A DNA stretch of 64,000 bases from Camelus ferus (Eukaryota): assembly GCF_009834535.1 (NCBI RefSeq), contig NC_045697.1:46688001-46752000 (forward strand), in the 5' to 3' direction. Shown here piece after piece: positions 26,061 to 38,392 of this stretch (the first letter of the stretch is position 1; every line of letters starts with the position of its first letter). The notes under the pieces were generated by a model. It had not been told where the DNA came from and searched no databases. It worked only from the letters and a program-made list of their open reading frames with translations. The position numbers were made by a program, and so were the translations under genes.

Positions 26061-29000
26061 CTTTTTTTAAATGTAAACCCAAAGCAACTGAAATTTACAT
26101 GTGTGTAAACAGAAGTATAACTTTCAATGACAATAAGGCAATTTTTTCTAGAGTTTTGTTTCTTTACACAAACCCATCTGGAACATCTAGTAATCATCCA
26201 GTTCACTGCCTCACACTGGGAATTTGGATATATATTATTAGGACCATATACAAACAGAATTTATATTACATTGACCATGTATAATATGCCTAATGCCATT
26301 TTAATTTTTTTTCTGATATTTTTCTAAATATTTCTGGAAATAGGAAATTTTAATGTAAGCCAACAAAGAGGTAAAAATGTTTTTCTTTATACCAAAAAAA
26401 CTAGAATTAGATGTGGTAGAACAGAGGAATAGAGACAGAAAGAGTGAGAGAGAAACAGAGAGAGATAAAGAGAGCAGTCCAACGTCACTGACAACTCTCA
26501 TTTTTAAATGGCAAGACCGAAAAAGTGTTAAACGCAGTTTTAGTAAGTGCAGTAAAGCAATGCATGGCCTAATTTTCACTTGGGAGTTTGCCCAATAGTT
26601 ACATATATGTTTTACAAAATGTAAAAAGTCACCTTACGCTTTTTATGTCATGCATTTGGACACTAACGAGTATTTCTAGAATGAAGGCTATGGGTTTCAT
26701 AATTAACTGACTAGACTGGAAGATCCCCTCATTATAATTTAGGATGTAATATATGGCAGTCAGACTCCTAATTCACTCGCACTGTCACTTAATCAGAATC
26801 TCAAATCCTGACCATCAAGCTCCAGAAGCTATTGGCCTAATTATTGACCAGGCTGCCAAGAGTCACCCAGCATACTCTGGAAAGCTGAAACTCTATTATC
26901 AGTGTCTTCCAACTGTGCTCTGAATACATTATTGATTCTTTTAGCTGGAAGTTCTCCTGACAAGCTTATGTGTGCAATTAAGTGGATTACATGGAACGTG
27001 TTAAATAGCCTAAGAACTTCTTAGGCTGGAAAGTCTTTGAGCACCAGCAGTGATTCACTCACTCAACTCACCCACTCACAGGCAGGACACAGGAAATTAA
27101 CAGCAAACATACAACGTCCTATACTTCATGGGAGAGAAGCATTTCATGCGGCTGGCTATCTCATGCTTTGAAAAAAACAAAAATAGTTTTGCCTGTAAGT
27201 CTCTGCTGTAACAGATGAAATATAGCCTGACACCACTGTGTACTGTACTAGTATATATGAAAAAAAGCATACACCAACTCAATCCTTACATTTGTTTTCA
27301 TTTTAAAATAGTATTTGACATTCAGCATTGTGTCTCCTCAGAAATCTTTTTTCTCTCTGCTTTCTAAATATTTTATTTTTTGTTTGTTTTTTAATTTTTT
27401 TCTATTTTTTCTTTGCTTTCTAAAAATTTTAATAAATACTTTTACTCATTTCTGTAGATAATCACACAGTATATATCAGTAGATTAATATAATTAGGCAG
27501 TAGCAACATTAGAAATAAATGAGAACCTTAGTTGAGGATTTTGACATGACATAGTCAAAAGTTTTCTTCTCAGACCTTCTTTTCTGTACCAAAAAGCAAT
27601 CAATCGATCAACCACAATAAATCAAATTAAAATGAAAGTAAGTCTGACCTGTATGGTTAATTAAACACACACATACACCCTTAACAACAGGTCTCCAATT
27701 GTATATAGTCAAGTTCAAGGATTATGTGAAGAAAGCCTCACTGACACACATATGTTAAGTTTTTAACAGGATCCATATAAAATATAAGATCTTTCAGCAT
27801 TTTCAGGAACAATAACAACATCTAGGGAAATAGAACTTGAAGCTGCTACTGTTATTAAATATAAACATAAGACAGAAAGGAAGCCACTTGGAACATAATG
27901 AAGTAGTTATTAGTGCTATTAGTGTGAAAGCACTGCTACTCTTTTTATGAGCTTTGGTGAACGAGTAAGAAGCACAGTAGCCACAGCTGACTTGAAGCCC
28001 CTTAGGGAAAAAAAGAAGCCCTGAGAAAAATCTCGTAACTTCTTTTTAGTTTACCTTTAGTTGTAAGTGAAATGGTGTGACATAGGATGAAAAACCAAGA
28101 AGATATTCGAATGATAACTAATAATTGCATCAATCATATTAAACTCAAATGTCTTAAGATTTGCCACTTGAGCAGTAGTTGCTATTGCAAAACACAGGAC
28201 TGAGAGAGAAACCCCGACAACAATCTGATGAGTTAACGTTGTAACTAGGGGGTAGCCCTTTCTTTAATGACCAAGACTGACTATGCTATTGGTGACTCGT
28301 AGCTTCCCTTCCCTGGTTCTCTGAACATTAGTATTAAGATAGTAAAAGAACCAGATTCTTCTCTCACCTATCCATAAAACACTTAATTGGTATTCCCTTA
28401 GTTGTCTTCAGTATTTGGTGTGAATATGCTATGATTAGAAAACCAGGATGAAGGATAAAAAAGTATCACATAAGCTTTTCTTGACAATCACCCTTGTATA
28501 AAAGTCTAATAGAGTAATCGGTCATGCTATCATTTTTTAAAAATTAATTCTCAATTTTACTTTATTTTTTAAAAGAAGATGACTTCTACTTGAAATAGAA
28601 AACAAGAAGTAGGTACTGGAAGGGACTACAATCTTTGTTAGGGCAGGAAATAGGTCTCTCTTACTCACACTGTATCCTTTAAGGGAAGATTTTAATACTA
28701 GGTGAAGTTCAAGTAAATGATTTTTGATAGTATCCTATTATATTGATTCAAGTGAAATGAGTCACAGAGTTCTGCTTTTATAAACCTTTCTTTTATTAAC
28801 TATGGTTTCTCACTGAATGAAGCTCCTGGGAATATTTTGCCATAATAAGCTTAAATTATATGCACTTTTCTGAAAATATATCCAAGGCATCATAGTTAAA
28901 AGCAGTACTTTTAACTTTTAGCAATATTGACATAAAAAGTGAACAAAATATTGGAAATGAAAGCTTATTGTTTGAGCTAAGTTAATAATGTATCTACTTC

Positions 29001-29369
29001 CACTTACAAACTAAAAGGAAAACAAGTGTTGATATGGAATGACTGAATCCTGAATTTGGAAGAAAATGCATTCCGAGCGTCCTTCTCCCTTTGGTTCATG
29101 TAAGAATCCATCTAAGTCACACGAGGGATGTACACCCACTTAAAGCCCTCAGGAAACAATACCCAGTATTCCTCAGTACCTACAGCAAGGTCTTTCAGAC
29201 TACTACATAATCCACAGAGTGCACAGAGTTTTGTTGTAATGTCTATAGATCTACATTAGATGCAAAAATTAGATTTTTCACAGGCTGAGTGAGCAGTCAA
29301 AATAAAATTATATAAAAATTGCATATTGATGTTTCATACAAAATGTATCTGGTCACACATTCTGGTAAA

Positions 29370-29560
29370 AAGTCTAAAATCAACTTTCACTCTACATTCA
29401 TCACTTGTGGGACTCAAAGGAAGTCACAACCCCTGGGAGTATCATTCTCCTCATCTGCAAAATGGTGATAGCTATACATGCAACCAGTGGATCGGCAGAA
29501 GATGAAGAGAGGTGAAAGATTTAGCACACAACCTGGCATGAGGTCATATCTCAATAATAT
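29370..29560 (+). mobile_element. MIR SINE
   Basis: TTCTCCTCATCTGCAAAATGGTGATA…TTTAGCACACAACCTGGCA…CTCAATAA. Confidence 0.6.
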
Positions 29561-29809
29561 ATTGGTATTAACTATTTCATTTAAAATTATTTTATTAATA
29601 ACATTTCTAAAATTTGTATTTGGTATATTTTAGAAGTTATTTCTCTGAATATTTCAAGACAATTTTTATTTGCTCCATATTACCGAGTGACTATAAGAAC
29701 TGAAAAATGAAAACTTTCATGATCTTAAGGCAGTTCTGGAGAAAATAAATTACATTTACAGTTGTTGATACTGTGCTGTATTAGCAATTGATAGAAAAAA
29801 CAGCCTTAC

Positions 29810-30920
29810 TGTTCCCCTTAGCTTGACTAAACTCCAGACAGGTTTCTTTCCAACTATAGGTCCCTGACCTCTTTTCTTAGAGCATTTACTTTAAAACTTG
29901 TCATTATAAATTATTTCTCTCCTTCTGAGATGTAGATCTTCTTCCAGCCTCTTGCCAGTTATACAACCCAAGAACGTCTTTCTCAAGAACTTAGAGCCAT
30001 CCCTTTGAGATGTAATCACACTCCAATGTTCACAGCAGTACTATTTACAATAGCCAAGACACGGAAACAATTTAAATGTCCATCAACAGATGACTAGATA
30101 AAGAACTTGTGGTATTTATACAATGGAATACAATTCAGCCATAAAAAATAATAAAATACTGCCATTTGCAGCAACATGGATGGACATGGAGATCATCATT
30201 CTAAGTGAAGTAATCCAGAAAGAGAAAGAAAAGTACCATATGCTACCACTTATATGTGGAATATAAGAAAAACACAAATTAACTTATTTACAAAACAGAA
30301 ACAGACTCACAGACATAGAAGACAAACATGATTACCAGGGAGGGAAGAGGGTAGGGAAGGGATAGATTGGGAGTTTGAGATTTGCAGATACCAACTACTA
30401 TATATAAAATAGATAAACAACAGATTTATATTATATAGCACAGAGAACTATATTCAATATCTTGTAGTAACCTTTAATGAAAAAGAACATGAAAACAAAT
30501 ATATGCACGTATATGTATGACTAAACTATCATGTTGTATGCCAGAAATTGACATAACATTGCAAACTGACTATACCTCAATTAAAAAAAAAATTCATCTA
30601 AAGGAAATAAATAAATAAATTTTTTAAAAATGAAAGAAAGATAAGGCCCCTATCTCTCAGTCTCTTCAGGAGGGCAGAAACCTGTAAGCACTAATAGGCA
30701 AACAAGGATGGCCTAGTCACACTGACCAAACTCCCCATAATATCCGCCTGGACTTCCCCACTAGCTCATCCCAAGCTTACAAACTTCTCTGCCTTTTGTT
30801 TCAAAGGAGTTGAGTTCAAGCTCTCTCTCCTAGTGGGGTATTTTTGACCCTTACTGCAATAGTCTTGAATAGTCTTCCCTTTGCCTGTTTAACTCCATGC
30901 AGCACCATTTTTTTCTTTAA
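29810..30920 (+). mobile_element. ERV1 (MER4-group, MER67-like) solo LTR split by an L1
   Basis: CTTGACTAAACT…TTTCTTAGAGCATTTACTTT…GCCATCCCTTTGAGATGTAATCA breaks at 30018 and resumes near 30632 with AAGAAAGATAAGGCCCCTATCTCTCAGTCTC…GGAGTTGAGTTCAA…TGCAATAGTCTTGAATA. Confidence 0.8.
30019..30630 (+). mobile_element. Lineage-specific L1 3' end (camelid-like subfamily)
   Basis: ORF2 end (GCAGCAACATGGATGGAC…), CCAGAAAGAGAAAGAAAA, GGGAGTTTGAGATTTGCAGATAC, CCAGAAATTGACATAACATTGCAAACTGACTATACCTCAATT and an A-rich tail. Confidence 0.9.
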
Positions 30921-33900
30921 AAGTGCCCTGAAGAACGTCTTTCAAACTAAATATTGTAAAAGGGTGATAAAATCGAGTTTTAAGGCTCTGAATAAAATTA
31001 GTTTAACTTTTTTAGTGTAAAATACATTTCATAAAATTAGAACAAAAGATTTTACCCCTGAAAGATATTTCTATTATATAAAATTTAAAAAATCAAGATA
31101 GCACAACCAAAAAATAATAACTACATTATCTAATTACAAGACTACAAGATAACTTGTAATTAACTATAAGAATGTGGGAATTTATTCCACATTCTTTGCA
31201 CAAATTTCCAGACACACTCAAGGATTTGATTTTCTGCAAAGCTACAACAAAAGATACCTCCTAAACTTCATTCATTTTATTAATGAGGATTTTACTTATC
31301 AAGATATTAATATTTACTATTCAATATAAATATTGAAATATTCTATCTAGAAATCATTTTCTCTCCTTTACTTTTCATTAACGAAAAACTCAGTACTTCC
31401 ATTTTGCGCCTTTGCTATTTTGCTTTTGTTTTATCTTCCCCTTAAATTGTAGCAACTATAATAATAATCCTTTAAATATACCAATATCACATGTATAATA
31501 CAGCCACCTCTAACATATTGCCAAATACAGCCATCCCTAACTTTTTAAATGGACATTATAATTTCCTAAATTTGTGGCACAAAAAATATCCTCATTATTT
31601 AGTTCTCACATGCAAAAACGTCCTGGCCTTCTCTGGAACTTCGAGATGAAATTAACAATTGAGTCATGCTTGCTGCAGTGCCAACAAAAACCCAGGTTAG
31701 AAACTGCTATCCATAGAAGAATGCCACTACATTACAAATAGTTGGAAATCACTCTTTCCCCATGTAGAAGTGAACTTTTCCCTTTGCTTACTGTAAATCA
31801 AGGATCCAAGTTAACTTTTGACATTAGTGTGGGTATTCATGGTCCTTCCTCATTCTTCTCAACTGTTTCAGTTTTGAACCAAAGGAAGCCTCTACTGCTT
31901 TTTTCCACTGCCAGGAATTGAGTGATCAAGTCCCAATTCTCCTCTAGGAATCATTTTCAGAATTCTTATTTTTCCTCTTTCTCCTAACTTTTATCGTTAT
32001 CAGGGAGCAAAGGAGAGTTATTTGTCCTGCTTCCATTAGCTTTTGATTCCCCAAAGTTTTCCATCATGGAAAACTATAGTTATCCTGATGCAGATCCAGT
32101 CACATTCCTGCTGTGAAGCCACAACTAAATGGACCTGCACATCACACCCACACACACACCTCACTGCCATCCTTCTTTGTCTAGTGTCAAACTGATTACT
32201 GCTCTGTTAATAGAGGAGAAAGAAGAGGGAAGCTATAAAGAGATACTAGGACACTCACTAGCCAGGTTAATTTTACCCAGTGAAGCTATACTTTTTGCTT
32301 TTTTTAATTAAAAGAAAGAGATCCAGGTACTAACTATGCAGAGACCAAAGGGATCTCATACTCTAAATCTCTAAATATTTAAGCAGATTTCCTCCTCCCT
32401 GACTCAACAACATATGCCAGTTCCTCCTTTAGCTCTTAAGAGCCTATTCCCTCCTGTGGCTTCAGAACACCCGAAGTCTCTGTGTGGTGATTAACAGACT
32501 TCGTGCAGTCCCGGATCTGACTCCAATCACTTTCTCCTTGAAAATTGCTGAACCTTGATGCAGTAGCACAGCACAGAGCAGGCCCTGTCACTGGGGCTTG
32601 GTCCTCATTACAGCCCAGAGACTTCAGGAGATTGCTTGCGTGGCTGGAACATCATCCTTGCGGGTGGCTAATTAGTGCTTCCCCGGGGCTTCTGCTTTGT
32701 GAATACTTAAGGGTAATCATCACCAGCTAACTGCATGGGGAGTGTATCTAAGCAATTTTACCAAGTCAACTGACAACAGCTTGAAGTAATATTAGCCCTG
32801 TTACATGAAGACAAGTACTCTCCACCCAACGAAGACGGAGACTGGCACCACTCAATAAATCACTGCAGCATCCTTGAAAGCTTAGCATCAGTTCTAAGCC
32901 ATTAATTTTCGCAAGGTCTTTTGACAGGATGTTTTGAGAGCATGAGAGCATGCATTGAAAGCATGCTCTTTCTTGAGCTAAATTATAAAGAGCAAATTCC
33001 TCCTAGTTAGCAACCTGGAAACCCATTTAAGCACTAGGGTAATCAAATAAATCTTCTGACACTTTTTCTTTCAAAGGTTCTTATCACTCAGGATATGGAA
33101 AATAACTTTCCTTTAAATAAGAATAGAGTATGAATACCTATCTATGTAGCCTCTGCCTTCACAGAAGTATTGAAGTTTCAGAAACAGGAATCTGAACACT
33201 TGCATAGGACTAGATACACATGAAAGTTCCCTCTGTTGGGCAAATATCAGATAATACTATCAAAATTGCCACTTAATGACAAAATAAGTTCATTCAGAAA
33301 ACTGAAAGAGAAATATAGGAGAATAAACTTATAGAAATTATATTAAGAATGTGATTACAAGTGAGAGTGGTATTACATGGGCAACAACCAATCAGAATCT
33401 TGCATTTGAGTGGTACATTTTGTTCCACAAACAATGAATGTCTTCTGTCAGCAGGTACTCTAATAGGTACTGGGATATACAACTTTTCAGGTATTATTAT
33501 AGTAGAGGTGTTACTCCAGGAGGTCCCATGACAACCTTCTTTATAAAATAGCCAGTCTCTTATTTCATGAAACTTTTAAAGAGAGTGACCAATCTCCCCA
33601 TCATGAAATGGTTGAAAATTTGGGGGGAGAATGGGAAGGTTGTAAAGAAATCAGAGTAACAAGATACAAATCAATCTATGTATCAAAAAAGGATGAGAGG
33701 TGCTAGCTTTAGAGATTTAAAAAGCACTAAGTACATATCAAAATAATTTACAAATGTTTTCATTTGAGAAAAGCTATGATGGACCTACAGCTATTTTTAA
33801 AGTGATTTAGGATCATTCATATAATGCAAAAATGATATAAAACATAAAATTTTTCTTTGAAATAGTATGTTCTGAAATTAAACAGAAATGTAATCAATTT

Positions 33901-36199
33901 CAAATTCCAAACAAAAATAACAGACTTTAGCATTCTAAGGAGTCTAAGAGCAGAAGAAACCAGGCTGGAACAAAGGTGAGGGGAGAGACTGGCCAACCTA
34001 AGCAATATATAGCAATGTAGTGATGACAGAAGTATGACTTTGAAAACTCTCTAGTATGAACACAGTACTGAGATGTGTACGCGGCTTTGATGAACTTAAG
34101 ATATCCACAAATATGATAAAATTAAGTTTATAAGATCATATTAAGTCATATTAAGACAGTAAAATTCTTGGGTACACAACCCAAAACTCATGGATAGGGT
34201 TTTTTTTTCCCCAATTAAATGGTGGTTCCAAAATGCAAACTACATAAATTAAATTATTCGAACAAATTTTAAATATAACAGTTTTGTTATTCTAACAAAA
34301 TGGATTTAAAATTTCTCTTTAATCTCTTACCTTTCAGATTTTTTTCTTTTCAGAAGGAAAAATAGTTTTGAATTTGTCATTTCTTCTTCCAGATGCCAAA
34401 TTAAGAAAGCTATCCTTCGGATTTCTAAACAGAAAACTTTTGAACACAAAGGACAGGCATATTGCTTTATTTTTAAACTTTTTGCAAAGACTTCCTATAA
34501 CACTTTCTTTACTATAAAGACATTTTAAACTAAGATAAATCCAAATTTGTAAATCAGTACCCAGACACTCCTTGATTCCCTTGTTTAATTGAATATTCAA
34601 GCTTTCAATACAATTGCTCATGTGTTGATAACCTCTGGGATCTCCTCCATCTCCACCAATAATGCATAATGGGTACAAAATCTTTTAGAAAAGTGAAGGT
34701 TCCTGTATTTAATGCTTTTTCTCTACCTATATATTTTGTAAATCTGCTAATTTTTCCAGAAATACATGACAAGTGACATATAACAATAGTGACAGCACTT
34801 CAGATTAATTTGTTACAAATCTTCATCACTACTAAATTCACAAGATGTAAATGACTAAGTATATATAATGCTCACTCACTTTCCTTCTTAATTTTTGCTT
34901 TCATTTTATTACAGTTTCCACTGATTTGGTGGTGTCATTATAAGCCAGATCCTTCACTTTAGACAGATGAATTTAAACAGATATATTTGCTGAAGATGCA
35001 TTTTTATAACTGTGTAAGTTGGACTGAGATATGTGATAAAAAATAAATAAAACTTAAAAATAATTTAATTGGCAGTTGTATGCAACAACTATTACTTTAT
35101 TGCAGGATCGGTTGCTTGTTTCATTACATATTACCAAATAAGCTGAGGACATTAAAAACTTACATGTCTTAAAAGATTTCCTTCGTTATTATTCCAAATA
35201 TTTAATTTAGAAATTAAACACTTTCTAGGAATAAACTATGAACTCAAAAGTAGAATTATTTCTTATCCTTTCTTTTTTGCTCTGATTTCCAGAAACTCTA
35301 GAAATTTGCTTTTAATCACAGATGAAATAGACTTGGCTGCACTTTTAATAGAAACTGTTGTCTTACAAGAAGTAAACTATTTTCAACTGTGAATTTCACA
35401 TAAATTTAATTTTTCACTTTATTTTGAGTGAACAGATGATAATTTAGCAGCAGATTTTTGCCCCAAAAGCAATACTTTTAAGTGTATTTCACCTCTTTCA
35501 TGCTTTTTAAATTATTTGGTATTTTTAATCCCAATTATAAATTCCTTATGCTTTTATTTGTTTTTTTCCACCATTGAATTTTTGTTTGAGACAAGATAAT
35601 GTCTTATCCTTAAGGTGGCCATATGTTTCAATTTTCCAGGGACAGTCCCAGATTATATATATTGTAGAGGCATCCATGTAGATTAGCATTTTTCCTGACT
35701 TTAATGTTTTTTAAAATAAGTATTGTTATTAATAGATACATAAAATGAAGCAAGATGGCTTATACCTTCCACCTAATTCTAGCTCTCACCATGATAGTTT
35801 GTGAGAAGCAGATGAAGCAACATTGTGGTTCAGTCCAAAGGTGATCAACAGTAACCAGAATCTCCAATATTTTCCATATGCAATAGAGCAAACAGCTCCC
35901 TTTCAAGGACAGCATACTGAGCACTCACAGAAAAATGGAGTTTAAATGGAAACTCTAACAACTAGGGACAGCTAATGCCTTCTGGTCTTGGATGGTAGTG
36001 GGAAAAGTATTTGACATGGCTGCAGCAGATGTTCATGTAAGGTTCCATCCAATTGTTCTGTGGTTCATATCACAGCCTGGAAGATGAATGAAGCTATCAG
36101 GGTCTTTAGTGGGTGAGATCAGAGGAAAGGTACAAGTTAGCTGTGCCTGTAACTACAGTGTGTATAGGAAGAAGCTGAGTCAGTTTGTTGTTGAGTGTA

Positions 36200-36392
36200 T
36201 AGCTATCTGCCCAATAGATAATCACTGATTATTTAAATTTAAATTAATTAAAATTAAATAAATTTAAAATTCAGTATCTCAATCACACTAGCCCCATTCC
36301 AAGGGCCACATTTGACTAAAGACTTACAGTAATGGGCAGTATGGGTACAGAACATTGTCATCACTGTCCAAATTTCTATTGAACAACATGGA
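36200..36392. mobile_element. MER33/MER3-like hAT MITE
   Basis: ATTTAAATTTAAATTAATTAAAATTAAATAAAATTTAAAATTCAG…CACACTAGCC…AGAACATT…TTCTATTGAACA. Confidence 0.75.
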
Positions 36393-36939
36393 TATAGTGT
36401 GTACCCTTTGCCACAGTAGTTTTGTAACTATTGTAAGTCAAATCTACAAGTATTCTTTTTTATTTTTTGGTAAGTATTTGTATTCTGTATTAAAGTTTTT
36501 GGCAGTAATAAACTCAATAAAATCAGAATGTATTGTAAAGAAAACTCAAGAAATACATCCCTCTTTCTAAGAAAGGTAAATAATGATCACATAACTTTCA
36601 CAAAAAAATTGTTAACATTTGTCATTCACCTTGGGAGCCACGACAATATCACTGACCCCTGAAAACCATAAGAAACAAATTTTCTGAGAAGTACTGTTAG
36701 TAGTCACTTTTAAAATAATACATCTGAAGACTCTAACACATGTAGCAGCAAAAGTTGAATTTCATACAACTTTATTCAGCATAATTTTTTCATTTAGGTT
36801 AAACAGCTGTGTCTAAACTAATGTAGCTCATTTTCAATTTTAAGTTTTCATCTATACATACTAAAAGTGAAGAGTGGTTCCAATCGCAGAAGAATTCTGC
36901 AAACAGGTAAATGATGCCAGGGCCTGAATTAGTCCATTT

Positions 36940-38060
36940 AATGCATGTATCAGTAATTCATTTATTTTTACTGGTAAGTAGTCATCTATATGCCACAATT
37001 TGTTTATTTATTTGCCTAGTGTTGAACATTTGTGTTGCTTCCCAATTTTGGGCTTCCTGAATAAGAGTATTCTTATACAAATCTTTTGTACACACGTTTT
37101 TAAATTTCTTCAGTAAATATCTAAAAGTGAGCTACAATGTCATAGGGCGATGTGTTGTACCATTTGACACTGTCAATATATGACAGCTCCAGGTTCTCAC
37201 ATCTGTAACAACATTTAGTATTGGTGTTCTGGAGGGTGCGATGTAGTAACTCATTGTGAATTCGCATTTCTTTGATGAATAATGATACTGAGCACTTTTT
37301 CATTTATTGGTTATTTGTATATCTTCTCTGTAAATGTGGGTTCAAGTTTTCTGCTCAGTTTTTTAATTGGATTATTTGAATTTTTATTGTTGACTTAGAG
37401 AAGTTCTTTATATATTCTGAATATTAGACCTTTTCTTTCTGGTATATTTTGATAAACATAAGTTTTTAACTGTAACAAAGCTTAATTTAACTTTTTTCTT
37501 CCATCGTTTGTGCTTTTTGTGTCTTCACCAAGAAATTTCCAATGCAGAGGTTGTAAATATATTACATTATGTTTTCTTCTAGAAGTTTCATGATTCTGGA
37601 TTTACATTTAAGTCTATGATCCATTTCAAATGACTTCATGTGTGTGTGTTTAGAGTGACAGAGGAGTTTTCCATACAGATGTCTAATTGTTCCAGCAGCA
37701 TTTGTTAAAAAAGACCTCTCTTTTCTGATTGAAATTCCCTTTACATTTTTTTTCAAAAATCGATTAATCCTGTATCTGTGCATCTATTTTGAAACCTCCC
37801 ATTTTGTTCCATTTATTTACTTATCCATCTGTATGCCAAAACCACACTCTATTCTTCTAGCTTTATATTAAATCTTGAAATCAGGTAGTGGAAGTCTTCA
37901 TTTAAAACTGGTCATTCCACATACTTTCTATCTCCACATAAATGTTAGAAATAGCTTCTCTATTCTTCAAAATAACCTACAGGAACCTATACATTAATTT
38001 GGGGGAAAATAACCATATCGAGCCATTCAATCTATGAATGGGATGTATCTATTTATTTAG
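36940..38060 (-). mobile_element. Old L1 ORF2/3' region, antisense
   Basis: The minus strand gives MKKCSVSLFIKEMRI and …CKSRIMKLLEENI, both L1 ORF2 C-terminal motifs. Confidence 0.85.
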
Positions 38061-38169
38061 AAACCAACGGTAACTGGTGTAGAACTTATGCTTTTTTCCA
38101 CAGAGAGACGTAAACCCTTGCCGGCAATAACCCATAACTACAGCACAATGACTAGTCCATAGTTAACAC

Positions 38170-38392
38170 TTAATTAGCACAAACTCCTTGGTTAAGCTCC
38201 AAACTTCACCACTTGTTATCTGAATCTCTTTGGGCAAATTACTTAAACTTTCTGTGTTCTGGTTTTCACATCTGTAAAATGGGGATAATGAAAGCCTCAT
38301 AAAGTTGCTTTGAGGATTAAATAAATAATCCACATAAAGCTCTTAGAATACTGTCTGACACAGAATAAGCCTACAGCACACGATAGATGTTA
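38170..38392 (+). mobile_element. MIR SINE
   Basis: TTGGGCAAATTACTTAAACTTTCTGTGTTCTGGTTTTCACATCTGTAAAATGGGGATAAT…TGAGGATTAAAT. Confidence 0.85.

Noticed and set aside
35611..36190. Possible hAT-Blackjack element beginning AAGGTGGCCATATG…GGGACAGTCCC
   Set aside because: Only one terminus is suggestive; extent and identity cannot be supported.
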